A stretch of DNA of 64,000 nt from Oopsacas minuta (lineage: Eukaryota; Animalia; Porifera): positions 325,908 to 389,907 of the forward strand of contig JAKMXF010000316.1 of the NCBI GenBank assembly GCA_024704765.1, read 5' to 3'. How positions within the stretch are numbered: the first letter of the stretch is position 1; each line of letters begins with the position of its first letter. The notes below the pieces were generated by a model. The model was not told the origin of the DNA and made no database searches. It worked only from the letters and a program-made list of their open reading frames with translations. Of the stretch, positions 25,331-38,865 are shown piece by piece. The position numbers and the translations under genes are program-made.

Positions 25331-28300
25331 CGAGGGGCACTCAATAAGTTTTGAGCCTGACTATGTTGCGAGCACTTTTATAAGTAAACCATTACTTGTT
25401 TCGAATAAACATGCGATAAATATACTTCACTGAAAATCTTGTAACTTTATCTTGTATACTTTTCAGATAGCAGTAGTTTTATTATCTAGGATTCCTTAGT
25501 TACAAAATCCTCAATACAGTTATCAAAGCCTGATATTCGTACTATAATACTTTTTCAGTTCCAACTTTTAAAAACAATAAAAGAATGTCACGAAAATTTG
25601 TGTACTGCCTTTCCAAATAACAAGGTATCTGCGGCGACAGTGAAAAGATGGTACAGAGAATTTAAGTGTGGGAATTTTCATCTTGAAGACCAACCCCACC
25701 CTGGACCACCCCCATACGCTGTTACAGAGGGAATTGTTGAGTCAATTGAGCACATGGTGATAGCAGACCCAAATGTTACATATGAGAGGATTCAGCACGA
25801 AATTGGCATTTCATCCGGGACAGTCCACACCGTTTTACGCCATTCCCTTCAGCTACGTAAACTTTGTGCCCGTTGGATCCCACATCAGCTTCATCCTGAG
25901 CAGAAGCAGAATCGAGTGAAATGGTGACATGAAATTCTTAAAAAATTCAACAATGGCAACAGTAGAGATGTTTCCAAGATAATAACTGGTGATGAAACAT
26001 GGATCTAGCACTATGATCCAGAAACAAAGCTGCAGAGCCGTCAATGGTGTGAAATTGGAGAAGGTCCCCCAACAAAGGTTCGCAGAACTCAGTACACCAA
26101 GGAACAAATGTACAGTACACTCCCGCTTACCGGGACACCTCGGGGATTTGGCCAAGGTGTCCCAGTAAGAGGGAGTGTCCGTCACTCCGAATAACACATC
26201 ACTATTGCAAGATCTATACCAGCAAACATAGTAGTTAACAAGTCTGAGCTGCGTAATATGTCTGCTCAAATATATATAATCGAAAAAGAATCCTAATCCA
26301 AGAATATCCAAGATAATCTGAGGCGTCGGGGACTTGGGAGCGAAGTCGGATATCTTGGTCTGCACAAGCTCGGATACCCTGCGACCACGCACGAGCTCTT
26401 CATAGGCATCGAGGTCCATCGATCCGTTCAGGATTCCCACATCACCTCGACCCGTAGCGTACAGCAGGAGCGTTTCGATGGCTTGCGCGGCCGCGGCAGA
26501 GGACGAACAGGTGTGGGCTCCTCATCCTCACAGTCGGTTTTTTGCGGATCCTCCTCCCTCACCTTGCCAACCGTCGCCATAGCCTCCTTCACCAGCTGCG
26601 TGATTGTCTTCGTAGGTGCAAAGACAATCCCGGCATCAGCAGCCTCCATGCCCTGTAGCTCAAGCTCCTCCAATGTGACTTCTGGCATGCCAATGTTGGC
26701 TACTGGACCCTCGTTTCGCATGAACCCACATTTAGAGAAGCACCTAGAAATAGTCCTCGACAGTACTTGATTCCAAGCCCTTGTGGCCCAGCATATCACG
26801 AGTACAATACTGATGGTCTTGTAGGGATCTTCAGAGTTCGCATTCTGGAACTTCTGCTTGAATTGTAAAGCACGTGATTGTGGAGGCTTTTTCTGTACAA
26901 CAGCTTGAAAGTCTGAATTACCCCAGCATCGAGCGGTTGAGTATAGCTCGTTGTGTTTTTGGGGAAGAACACAACCTTGGTGTGCTTCAACGGGACGTTA
27001 TCGGCAGTAGAATTATGCACACTGGCATTATCCATAAACAGCAGAACTTTCCTGTTCTGCTCCTTCTTCCCCTTCTGTGTCAAACCACTGCAGGAAGTCA
27101 GTGAATAGTTGACTAGTCATCCATGAAGATTTTTGTGCTCGATAGTGGACCGGAATCCTCTTCATATCCGCATCCTTCAGAGCCCTCGGCTTCTCGCTCT
27201 TGCCTATCAGGGTAGGTTTCATCTTTTCGCCAGACCATGAGCAGGTGAGGAGGAGGGTAACTCTGTCTTTGAACTTCTTTGAGCCATGGGCAGTGTCACC
27301 CTGAAACATCAGAGATTTCTTCGAGCACGTCTTGAAAAATAGTCCAGTCTCATCAGTGTTATAAATGTCCTCCTCCTTGCAACCCTTGATGATCTCCCTA
27401 AGCTCCTCCTTCCAGTTCTCCACAGTGAGAACATTGACACTCTTGGCTTCTCCAGAAACAGCCTTAGCCGAGATCCCGTGCCTGTCTTTCAGGCGAGATA
27501 GCCATCCTTCAGAGGCTTTGAAATCCTCCAGTCCGAGCTCGCGAGCCTCCTCCTCAGGCAATTGGTATAGCATAGGGCCGGTGACCGTCTCACCTTGTTC
27601 ACGCGCCAGTCTTAGAAATTCCAACACCACCCCTCGATTTCTTTGTACTTAGCTTCCACCTTCACGCGCTTGCGTTTGGAGCCAAGCTTTACTGCAGCCT
27701 GCCGCACTTCATTCTTGTTCTTTTTTATCCTCCCAATAGAGCTCTTACCCACTTCGAAGTGCTCAGCCACCTTGCGAAGACTACTGCCAGGCTGCTCCAG
27801 CATGTCTAGAACTGCCTTGCGCTGCTCACACGTCAGCAGAGCGTACTTGGGTTGCGACTTATGGGCCATAAAAGAGAACCACTAAAACAGAGATCAGTAC
27901 ATACCAAAAATCTAGGAGAATTTGGTGTCCCGGTAAGCGAGATTCGTCCCGGTACGAGGGAGGCATTTGTGTGGGATGGAACCAAATTTCCGGGAAGATG
28001 TCCCGGTAAGAGGGTGTCCCGGTACGACGGTGTCCCGGTAAGCGGGAGTGTACTGTATGCAATTTTCTAATACAACGGGTGTTAAAACTGTTGTACCTCT
28101 TGAACCTGGTAAGACAATTAATTCAACCTGGTATACAGAGAGTTGTTTGCCTCTAGTCATAAAAGCAATAAATTTACAGCGTCCTGGCACAGGATCAAGG
28201 GGAACTTTTTTGCACCACGATAATGCAGTTCTCATACATCAAAAATGACAAGACAATTCATTGAAGAATCAGGACTACATATTTTGTCCACCCCCCTTAT

Positions 28301-28575
28301 TCTCCAGATCTATCACCCTGCGACTTCTGGCTCTTTCCTAGAATAAAAAAATACCTTAAAGGCAGAAATTTTTCATCGAATTCTGAACTTGGGGGCCCTC
28401 AGAGAAGTGATCAGCGACATTAACAAAAAGAATTTAAAGAAGCTAATCAAGCTTGGTTTAAACGAATGAACAAGTGTATTCAAGCTAATGGATGCTATTT
28501 CGAACAATTATAGTAAAATAAATATAGATTGGTGATTTTTGATACTTAGGCTCAAAAGTTATTGAGTACCCCTCG
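25331..28575 (+). mobile_element. Mariner (DD34D-type) transposon, degenerate, interrupted by Tigger/pogo
   Basis: 28-bp TIRs CGAGGGG(C/T)ACTCAATAA(G/C)TTTTGAGCCT; TA at left, CA at right. Motifs LCARWIPHQL, ITGDETWI, HHDNA and PYSPDLSPCDFWLFP. The frame rejoins across the insertion (EQMYAIF). Confidence 0.92.
26113..28055 (-). mobile_element. Tigger/pogo transposon (CENP-B HTH + DDE_1), frameshifted, 26340-27869
   Basis: Perfect 27-bp TIRs CAGTACACTCCCGCTTACCGGGACACC with a TA TSD at both ends. Motifs ASEGWLSRLKDRHGI, YNTDETGLF, LLFMDNASVH and QPLDAGVIQTFK. Confidence 0.95.
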
Positions 28576-30699
28576 CACATAGGAACTGGACATTTATGGG
28601 CCGCATTCTACTACGTTTCCATGGCTCCTTACAAAAAGTGAGAAGGCTCACCCTATCAGTTTTGTGGAAAATTACATCCTGGATCAAATCAAAAGTAACT
28701 TCTACTTACAATTAAGTATTTCCACAAAGTAATGGATAACAATAAAATCGAATAAATCTGATTTGGTAATTCACCCAAAATGCAAATCAATATGAAAAAA
28801 TAATAGCAATTTTTTGTTTTTGAAGTAAAAATCAAATTATTCGCCAACAAATTAATTCGAGTTGATTATATACAGTTTTCTAGTCAAAAAGTGGTAAGAA
28901 TACCGGCGCTCATTTAACCGTATACTGCCTGGAAAGTGTATTATTTTATGACGTCAAAAAGGTGTTAAAATCTCGATTTTGGTGCTGGATTGGTTAATAG
29001 GAAGATCTAAAATTTCAGTGTTCCTTTTAATTAGGAACATAATATTTCGGCCGTAATCGGTTAAAATATACAGAGCAGCACTTCAAATATTTTATCACAC
29101 ATGCATGTATGAATCAAGGAAGTGTCGTGTTGCATTGACGCTCCCTTAGGCGTATGATTTTTGACAAAAATATATTTAGGAGCCTGATTAATATACAGAT
29201 TTAGGTTTATGACATTCCTGAGGAGGCGCTCTAAAAGCGTTCTCCGAATAACCTGTATAACTAAGTTGGATGAATATGTAGATAACCATATCATAAATTT
29301 AGTCCAAACTGCCAGGAATACTATCCATATGTTCAACTGTATTTCGATAATACACCAATCAGAGATCGAATATTGGATTGTGATTGGACCTTAGATCATT
29401 TTAGAATTTATGATCGTAAACTGGAACGCCGATGATATTTACACCAAGATCTGGAGATAGATCCTTTATTCAGGATCTATAAATGCCCTGGTGTAACACA
29501 TGGCTTTCAGTGCAGTTCTCGCCCTGGGAAGTTGAAAATCGTGAGATTCGTGAAGAATCTCACGCTGTTATCGTGAGAAATAATATTCTTGTTTTTTGAA
29601 ATATCGAAAAATTCTGATATTTTGGATGTTTTTGATAGTTTTTCTTATATTTCAAAGCCAATCTTGCCGATTTCTAGAGTCAATTAATCCTCTAGCTAAT
29701 TTCAAACTCTCAGACAAGATCAAATTATTGAGAATTATCGGGAAATATCGAAATTTCCGATACTTTCGATATTTTCAACTCTGATATATTGGTGTCAATC
29801 CTCAACCACAAGTTGAGAAACCCTGCTGTAGACTGAATTGAATGTATGAATTCTAAATATTTACCGTACATATTGAGAGTTCGAAAATACATTCACTGAG
29901 TTATAAAATGAATATTGTACAATTTAATGTAATTGATCACTTCATTACAGTGTGAGTTTTGAACTTTTGGATTATTAATACTCTTCTCCTTTGTGCACAA
30001 ACGATTCAGGGATAGATTTTATTGTGCAAGTACTAAATTGGTTGAATTATTGGAATCCTGGCATGGAAAATTTGGAAAATTTATGTAACAAACATTTACT
30101 GTCTTGAGACAAACCTGTATTGCATTGTCACATTTATCTACTAACAAGTGAATGCCATTTCCCTTACTTGTCAATTGCTTGAATTCAAAATGACTCCGAG
30201 AACAGCGGTTCCCAACATGGGGTCCGCAGGATTTCAAATCTATATTAACCTATGTGTGAGAGGTCTACAGAAGTGTTAAAATTGCTATAGGATAATGATG
30301 TCAAAATTATATAGCGAACGCGAACTAATTATTGGCCGGGCGCCAAAATATGTATATAGCGGTCTTTATACTAACCACACAGCCTACGTAACGGATTACT
30401 TCAAGTCTATTAAATCTTGTTTGGCAATATTAATATTCACGATAACATCGAATTGATACAATTTGGCTCAATTGAATGTATTATTGTTAGCAGGGCCGGG
30501 TTAATTATATAGACTGGGAATAGTTGGATGAAATGACTTGTTTGATTATTATCTATCAATAATACAATTATTTAAGCCAAATTGTACCAATTCCATATTA
30601 TCGAGAATATTAGAGACGAACCTAGAATTGAGGTCTAAAAGACCCCGACCTCAATTCATAATTCTAACACCATATTGTCCAAATGCCCGGAATATTTGA

Positions 30700-32790
30700 T
30701 GATATTTCAAAAAGTGCATACTTTTGCAAATGAAATCTAATCATATATTTATTGTGATATCCTTAATAACCATTGAATTTCCAGCAATTATTGGGTCACA
30801 TTACCCTATTCGGGCCACTTTTGAAAATGGAATATATCACATTCCTTCGTTGTTCATCATGTGACCCCAACAATGAAAAGAAATTTCATGCTGATTGCCA
30901 ATATCTGCAAAGAAAATTGAAGAGACTGAAATATGAAAGTAATTTAATTTTCAGCATTTTACCACCATTTAGGGCTGAAACCGTTAAAATAATTTCAACT
31001 TTTATATTTTAACCATAGACGTCATTTCACATATTGCCTATGTCTTAAAATACTAGAACTCTTGAAGTATTCCATACAATCAATTCAAATTTGCAACACT
31101 TCAAGGATTAACTTCTTGCAAACTTTCTTAAATTTGAACATATCAAAACAACTATCTTGGCGATAAAACATAAGTTTTTTCTGCCAAATATAGAGGCTCT
31201 ATTTCAGAACATATTCAATTAAAATACATTCACTTTACATCTTCCTTTGTTCCAGATTATGTACATAGCTTTAGAGAACTTGCAGTACTTCCTACACGAC
31301 GGATTTCACATCATAATACAATTCATTAGGGACCCTGCTTTAGTTCGAATTTAAGCTTCTTATTAGTTAGGATTTTCTGAATTGTAACAAGGTAGAATCA
31401 ACTTTTAGTCTATTGCTTGCGACAAGTTCGAATCAAATTTTAGTTTATTGTAACAAGTTCGAATCGAATTCAGACTGTTGCCACAAGTCAGAATCTACTT
31501 TTCCAAGATATCTCGCCGACAAAAACTTTTTATTGTAGTAATTATAAACCCGTACCATTGGGAGGGGGTTAGGGATTTTGTTCACTACCTTATGGATCTG
31601 GGAGTTTTCATTTGACTCGTTATTAAGCTAGCTAGGGGCGGGGATGTGGACTTCATGGTAATTTTGTGTTTGGATGAATTTTGTTGCACTAATTCTTTGG
31701 TAAAGTCTGCAGAATTTCGGACCATGGATATTTTGTTTTTCAACTTGTGACAACAGTCTGAAAATCCATTCTGACTTGTCACTACAGTCGGAGAATCCAT
31801 TCGAACTTGTTACAATACACTGAATATTATTTCGAACTTGTTCCAATAGGCTAAATATCGATTTTAACTTGTTACAATAAACTAATACTTGATTCTAACT
31901 TGTTACAATTCAGAAAATCTAGCTAACGACAACCTTAAAATTCGAACTAATGCATGCATCTCAATTCATTCAATTCTGAGAATCTAATGATTTTCTCTGA
32001 GTAGATTATCCATGGTCTATATTTTTATTCCAATGGAGGTATACATGGTCCAAACATTTTACTATGCACTAATATGATTGACATTCCAGGAATCTAGAAT
32101 TTACATAGAAAATGCAGAAATTACAAATGTCATTTTCATGGTTATTTACTTAAATATCTTAATTGCTAACTCATTTTTTGAAATACATTTTGTGAAACAT
32201 ATATGCAGTCATTTAAGCATGCCATATCTTATTTGACGTTGTTCCATAGATTGGAATTATGATTTGTACTCTTGGGTCACTGTGTCCGACTTGTGCCGTC
32301 CACGGTTAAGTCTTGTATATATTCGATACATATACACTCCCTGGCCAAAGGTATTGGAACACCATACCACTAATGACACATGTGGCATGTGGCACTTTGA
32401 ATATATATATTGATTATTCTGTGGCTATATCAGAAAAGGCGATTGCTAATGTAATGACAAAATTAATGATAGAATTATGTTCACAAATGTTTGAAACAAT
32501 CCTCAGTCTATACAACTAAAGTACAATGCATATTTGTGCCATGTTTCAATTGTGGCAGAGTGTTCCAATACTTTTGGCCAGGGAGTGTATTCGTAATCAG
32601 CATGAAATTTCGTTTCATTGTAAGGGGTCACTTGATCATGTTTTACAAAACCATCTTCTCCTTGACAACGGAGGAATGTGATACATTTCATTTCTCAAAG
32701 TGGCCCAAATTGGGCCATTTTCAATTCTGATTACGAATATCACGATAAAAATATGATTATTCTTCAAGTATTGCATTTTTTTAATATCCC
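30700..32790. repeat. Degenerate long-range inverted repeat (arms ~30700-30905 and ~32590-32790)
   Basis: GGGCCACTTTTGAAAATGGAATATATCACATTCCTTCGTTG..GTGACCCC..AAATTTCATGCTGATT mirrors AATCAGCATGAAATTT..GGGGTCAC..CAACGGAGGAATGTGATACATTTCATTTCTCAAAGTGGCCC. Confidence 0.6.
31336..31953. mobile_element. Non-autonomous TIR element with ~31-bp subterminal tandem repeats (MULE-like architecture)
   Basis: TTAGTTCGAATTT..TTTTCTGAATTGTAACAAG at the left is mirrored at the right; repeated unit ATTGTAACAAGTTCGAATC. Confidence 0.6.
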
Positions 32791-34499
32791 CTAATAGTCC
32801 AACAGTGGGACCTTATGGTGTTGCAATTATGATTTAAGTAGGGATCCAGCCTGGCTTTCGTTTTCGAATCGAACCAAATGTCCTAAAATACCTCACTCTA
32901 AATTTGTACATACTTGATCCTTATCTTTAACCCTATACAACTTATCCGACTAGATATTTGATTTAGATGAATGTTAAATGTAGTTTTGCTTTGATAAATT
33001 ATTTATTTACCGATACGTCCAAAGTGTCAGATTAGTAACGAAAAGGAATACGATAATTTTACCACTTCGTTTTAACCAATTCCCCTACCCAAATCGTGTT
33101 TCAGCACCTTTTTTGACATCATAAAATTACAAATTTTCCAGAAGTTTTTGTTTAACGAGTGTACGTCCTAGGACTCAACTCCCTACTCCCGATTTACCCC
33201 TTAACTATACGCTTCTAAATTCTTGGCCTAAGGATACACAAATTGACTAAAGATTCTAGGGTTGAAAATTGGGGCCTAGTTCCTGAACGATAGCCGTAAT
33301 TCTGGAATTAATTTCAGCTAATGACAATGAGTTGTTGAACGAGAGATTATCTGGAAGCAAGAACGCAAGCGAGAGTGGAAGCACACAACTGCGCTCTTTG
33401 GCGAACTCTAGTATAGATGGTCTACCCATGAAAATGATTATGAACATTAGAACATCACCTCGGACTCTATAGACAAATGTCTAGCAACCACTACCATATT
33501 ACCTATACTCAGATGGCCCGGGTCGATCCAGATCATAATCAAATCAGGGATGGATCTAGGCAAACATATTTGGCGGGTGTAAGTTTAGGATTGGCAATCC
33601 TAGGGGAGAAGCTTCATTCATATTCATAATCCGATAAGGTGTTCGAGAGACTATGAAATTTTCGTTTACCCAATATTAGAGAATCTACATGACGAACGGC
33701 GATCTAATACTATAAATATTACTAAATTATTACAAACTGATACTAATCTTTGCTGCACACTCTATAAACAATTTAATATTGCAAAGATTTATCAGACAAA
33801 GTACAATCATGATTTGAACTTACGAATTAATTATACTTACTTATTTTAAGCCATACTATACCCATAAAATGGACATTTGTGTACAAATATATGGTACACA
33901 AACGTCGTACTGGCAGAGTTGCAACTATCACTGATAAACCGTGAGCTCACGCCTGTTTCGGCAAAGTCCAAAATCCCACGCGTATTCAGCAATCTCATGG
34001 ATTTTTGGCTCCACATATATGTACTTCTGATACTCCAAATCAATAATGTCTCACCCTTTCTCAAGGGTAAGCTCACGATTCTCACTCTTTCCCATGGGGA
34101 ATCTCACGATTTCTCAGAAGTCCTCAGGTATTTTTCATGGCTTTCTCACGCTTTTCAGCCGGTTTCTAACGGATCCTTGAAAAGCAAGTTGGCATCTATG
34201 CACTAGCTCTCTACAAGTATGGCATTAGTGAAATAATGAGCTAAAACATTATCACCAACATTAGTTCTATTCAATAATTATAAGTTATTAACCTATGATC
34301 TTAACTAGGTATTCCAATCAAAATCCATTTTAAGTAGACATCGATTTTAAATACCCAATTTTACAACCAGGAGGTAGTCAGACATCCGGACAATATCCGG
34401 AAATCTAGGAGCATATTGACACTGATCCAATTTAAAAAGCTAGTGCGAACGTGGCTAAGTTAGCCATTACGCCATTTCAATTTTTTTGAGCGCTACTTT

Positions 34500-34665
34500 T
34501 ATTGATCTCCCTTCTGGTCAATACCCGTATAGCGGTATAGATATAGTTTTCACTGTGCAGATTATAGTATAGCATTGTGGCCCAGTATTGAAATGGGTGC
34601 TTTCGTTTTGTGTACTGTGCCGACTGTTAGTTAGTGAGCCCATATTGAAACTATTGCTATCATTT
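34500..34665 (-). repeat. Dispersed repeat; uninterrupted paralog of the sequence into which the 39278-42391 element inserted
   Basis: Its reverse complement aligns with 39242-39277 joined to 42397-42505 (GGCTCACTAACTA..GCACA.TACACAA..CATTTCAATACTG..GCACAGTGAA..CTATAC.GTATTGACCAG). Confidence 0.75.
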
Positions 34666-37600
34666 GCTATCTTTTGCGGCGCCTTCACATCCAGAACTAC
34701 AAGTTATAAACTCTCAAATTTTACCTTAACATAGTTGGACCATCCCCTTCATTAGTTTCATAGTTGATCCACAATCAGGGGAGCGATTTATCACCTATCA
34801 AACTTTAGGTGAATTTAGCCTAATATTATACACCATTATTGTACACAATTCGAAACAAAATATTACTTCACCTCTTCATTTCAAAAATATAAATTCTGCA
34901 GGGTTTCATACAGGATTTTGATTTGGGGGGAAGAAAAAAATTGCGACTGGAAAACAGTAGTTTGCGAAAGAATAGATCACCCGCGTACACTAGATATTTT
35001 CTAGGGTTACACCGAGAGATTTCAAAAGTCATTTACTACCTTTTTAGAGAACCACAATCTTTTAAGTTTCTTTTAATAGCTTGTGAAATTTGAATATTTG
35101 TTTGTTATTAACTAACTCAATGGTCCCATTCAATAATTACATAGGATTTCATTTATTTTTTTTCATCAGTTTTGTTTTTCTTCTTAAATTGTGAAAATTC
35201 AGGTTAATAATACTAACACACCCAAACGAACGAATATCGAATATGCGTTTCAGCCCTAAAATCAATAGTACCACCTACCAAAATATTATTTTACCAACCT
35301 ATTTCAATATTTAATATACTTAGAAGTATACTATTGTAGTATGGATATCAGGCGATTCATTTCTGGAAAGCGGTCGAACAATAACCTACAAGACATGGAT
35401 GAATGTACATCTGAAGAGCTTTCACAGATAACAAGTGAAAGATGTTTGCCATCCTCCTCTCAAAATCCAGAAGTTACCAGGCATGATCCAACGCAACCTC
35501 ATTCGAAAAAGTATTATATGTCATCTAGCGAGCAGAGATAGCAATATAAGGCTAATCTTTCATATAAAAATGAGTGGGAAAAAAATCTATCCCTGGGTAA
35601 TTTGCGAAGATCCTAGAAAAGGTATGTTCTGTACCATCTGCCAGAAGTGGGGCAATCCATCTGCAGGATCAAGGGGCGCTTGGACAAGCAGGGGAGTTAC
35701 TGACTGGAGTCATGCTACTGAACTATTGAGAGCACACGGAGAGTCACGGTGTCATAGGGATGCAGCAGTCACTGCTGGTATGTCAAAGCAGGTGGAGTGC
35801 GTGAAATCAGTACTTGAGCTGCAGTGTTCTGCTGCTGCAAAAGAGGCTGCATGCAGAGCAGAGAGGAATCGCAGCATCGTGCTTAAGTTAATGAGGTCAA
35901 TCTATTTCCTAGCAAAAAACAAAATTCCTCACACCACTGTTTACCCAAATTTAATTGCCTTGCAAGTTGCCAATGGAGATGCATTGCTGGAAGAGCACCT
36001 CACTCATGGTGCTTCCAATGCTCAGTACACCTCAAAGTTCAGTGCAGTTATGCTTCTGGATGCTCTTGACACGTGGCTTGAAAGAAAGCAAATACAGAGT
36101 CTAAGGTCAAGCCCGTGTTTTTCTATATTAGCAGATGAGTGTCAGGATATTTCCACACAGGAAGAGCTATCAATTTGCTGCAGGTGGATTGTGGATGGCT
36201 ATCGAGAAGAACACTTTGTAGATATACTCCATGTCAAGGATGTAGATGCTGCATCAATCACACAAGCTCTCACAACTTTCATTGAGGTGAACAATCTCGA
36301 CTATAGACGTTTAGTTGGGCAAGGCTACGATGGGACAGCAACTTTCTCTGGTTGTACAAATGGTGTCCAAAGAAGGATTAGGACACACTCAGCACATGCA
36401 GTCTACATTGTGCATGCCACCGACTTCAGCTGGCATCTATTCAAGCTGCTGAGTCCATCACTATAATCAACAAAATGTTTGGCACAATGACCAGCCTGTG
36501 GAAACTATTCTACTATTCGCCAAAGAAAGCAGAAGCTCTCAAGGTCGTTCAGTCAGTTCTAAATTTACCTGAGCTGAAGGTAGTAAAGCCAAGCAGTACG
36601 AGGTGGTTGTCCCATGAGCGGTGTCTAAGTGCAATCCGTAAAGATCTTCCTGCTCTTATTATCACTCTCCAGCAGCTCTACCAGACGTCAGGAGATGCAG
36701 AAGCATATGGAATTTCTCTTATCTTGAGCTCCATATCCGGAGTAGCTAGTATTTTTCTTTTATCAGAAGTACTTGATCTCCTTGCTAGGCTTAATTGCTA
36801 CATGCAGAGACAGACTGCGGACTTTAGTAGGCTACCTTTGATTCTTAATAGCATTATAAAAGCGCTAGAGGAACTCAAGGAAGAAAAAACCGACTGGTGT
36901 TCTAGAATGCTCACTCAGGTTGACCAGCTAGAGATCGATCATGGAATCATGATTACAATGAGTCGCTCAGCTCGTAGCTTTGTGGATGGTGCTAGTGTTG
37001 GATCTTTAACTGATTATCGTGACAAGGTTGTTCTTCCTTATGTCGATGCTTTACTACACAACATCGGCAACCGATTCTCGGGTGAAGCGGTAGATCTCCT
37101 TGTATCATCCTCTGTTTTCAATCCAGCATCTCTTCCTTCAGAAGAAGCAGCTTTACCAGATTATGGTAAAAGAGAAGTGGAAGTTCTGGCCCAATTTTAT
37201 GGTAATGAAGCTATAGTTGTCCATAATGGTGTAACTTTCTCTTCTCCGCCACTTATTGACAAAGATGAAATTGCTATTGAATGGCGCTTGTTCAAGCGAG
37301 CATTGATTCAAGAATCAAGGTTGATCAGGGAAAAAAATGAGACTACCAAGACACCAAGCCTACAGGATGTCAAAGTTCACATGGAGTCATCTGGAGCTTA
37401 CACTGGAATATTTCCAGAGATATTCAAGTTACTCAACATAATTCTTGTTCTTCCAGTAGGAACAGCTTCAGTTGAGAGATCTTTCAGCCACATGGAGCAA
37501 ATTAAAACAAGACTTCGAAATAGACTTAATGATGCTAATTTGGCTCATTTAATGAGGATCGCAATTGAAGGGCCAGAACATCCTCGGTTAACTTTGATGA

Positions 37601-37819
37601 AGTTCTTAAAGTATTTAAAGAGAAAAATCGTCGAATACAGTTATAGTTTAATATATAATTATTAGTGATAGCAATATTTTAATCTCCCTATTTTTGTGAT
37701 CATAATTAGTATACAGTCTGTTACATAATTATTTGGAATCAAGGATCAGTTTATCATACGATCGGATTTACTCTTACACAATACTAAAATTGACTAAAAT
37801 ATTCTCAAGAGGTGCATAA

Positions 37820-38794
37820 TCAATATTTAATTGGTAGACCCCTTGAGTCAATGACCATTTGACACCTACGTGGCATTGAAGACCAATATGGCTCTAGAAA
37901 ATTAGAATCTAGCCTGCTCCAGGTAATTTCCAGCATTTTCTTCAGCTCTGAAATTGTCTTTGGGCCTTGTTTAGTTAATTCTTGCTTAACCCACGCGAAC
38001 AGATTTTCAATAGGATTGAGATCGGGGCTTTGTGATGGCCACGGAAGTACTTTTGGTAACATAGTACTCAACCAATTCTTAACCTTTGTCGCTGTATGCT
38101 TAGGATCGTTATCCATTACGAGTTGCCAATCATTTCCATGGAAAACTTCAGCCTGAGTTAGGAGATGACCTTGAAGTATGTCTATGAATAATGAACTGTC
38201 CATATTAGTTGTAAATATGCACAAAGGGAAAGTCCCAATGGAAGAGAATGCCGCCCAAACATTTATTTTTGGAGTATGTTTAGTGGTAGGGACAAATCTT
38301 TTCTGATCGGATTTTGTCCACATCTTCATTCGACCCCTGGACAGCCAAATCGACATTTCATCAGCAAAAACAGTCTTGGCCCATTGCTTTTTGGGGTATT
38401 TAAACTTCTTTGCCCATTGGATACGATACAATCGATTTGTTTCACTCAGCATAGGTACTTTTGTGGGATATTTCTTAGAATATTTGGAATCGACTAAGGC
38501 TCGGCGTACAGTCTGGTAGGATACAGGTATAGGGGCTCTACTTGCCAATGTTCTTAATGATAAGTATGGTTTTTGTCTTATTTGTTGGCTAATCGATTGT
38601 TTAATCCTATTTCTCAATGAGCATGGCCTTCCAGCTCCTTTTTGATGGGAGATATCAATTCCTTTTGCTAGTTTGGCCTTTACATAATATACAGTAGACA
38701 AGCTTACATGAGCAATTTGAGCAATTTCTTTTGAGCTATGGCTGTTAGCTTCTAGTAATAACTTGATAGTATTTCTCTTATCCAATTGAGCCAT
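37820..38794 (-). CDS. Intact Tc1 transposase, DD34E (324 aa)
   Basis: N-terminal HTH, GAGRP AT-hook-like motif, FADEM, and MDNDPKH followed by 34 residues to E in WPSQSPDLNPIENL. Confidence 0.93.
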   Translation of the reverse strand: MAQLDKRNTIKLLLEANSHSSKEIAQIAHVSLSTVYYVKAKLAKGIDISHQKGAGRPCSLRNRIKQSISQQIRQKPYLSLRTLASRAPIPVSYQTVRRALVDSKYSKKYPTKVPMLSETNRLYRIQWAKKFKYPKKQWAKTVFADEMSIWLSRGRMKMWTKSDQKRFVPTTKHTPKINVWAAFSSIGTFPLCIFTTNMDSSLFIDILQGHLLTQAEVFHGNDWQLVMDNDPKHTATKVKNWLSTMLPKVLPWPSQSPDLNPIENLFAWVKQELTKQGPKTISELKKMLEITWSRLDSNFLEPYWSSMPRRCQMVIDSRGLPIKY

Positions 38795-38850
38795 CTGAAA
38801 TAGCTAATACTTAAGACAAGAGAAGATAAATGGTAAACTTATGAATAATA

Positions 38851-38865
38851 CGGAAGTGACGTCAC
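38851..38865. promoter_or_regulatory. Overlapping ETS-CRE motif CGGAAGTGACGTCAC upstream of the Tc1 transposase
   Basis: Exact sequence, 57 bp upstream of the ATG at 38794; function is inferred only. Confidence 0.5.

Noticed and set aside
33340-33420. Possible Helitron 3' end (GC-rich stretch then CTAG-T); similar GC-rich patch at 11030-11150
   Set aside because: No convincing hairpin, 5' TC end or Rep/helicase sequence could be identified.
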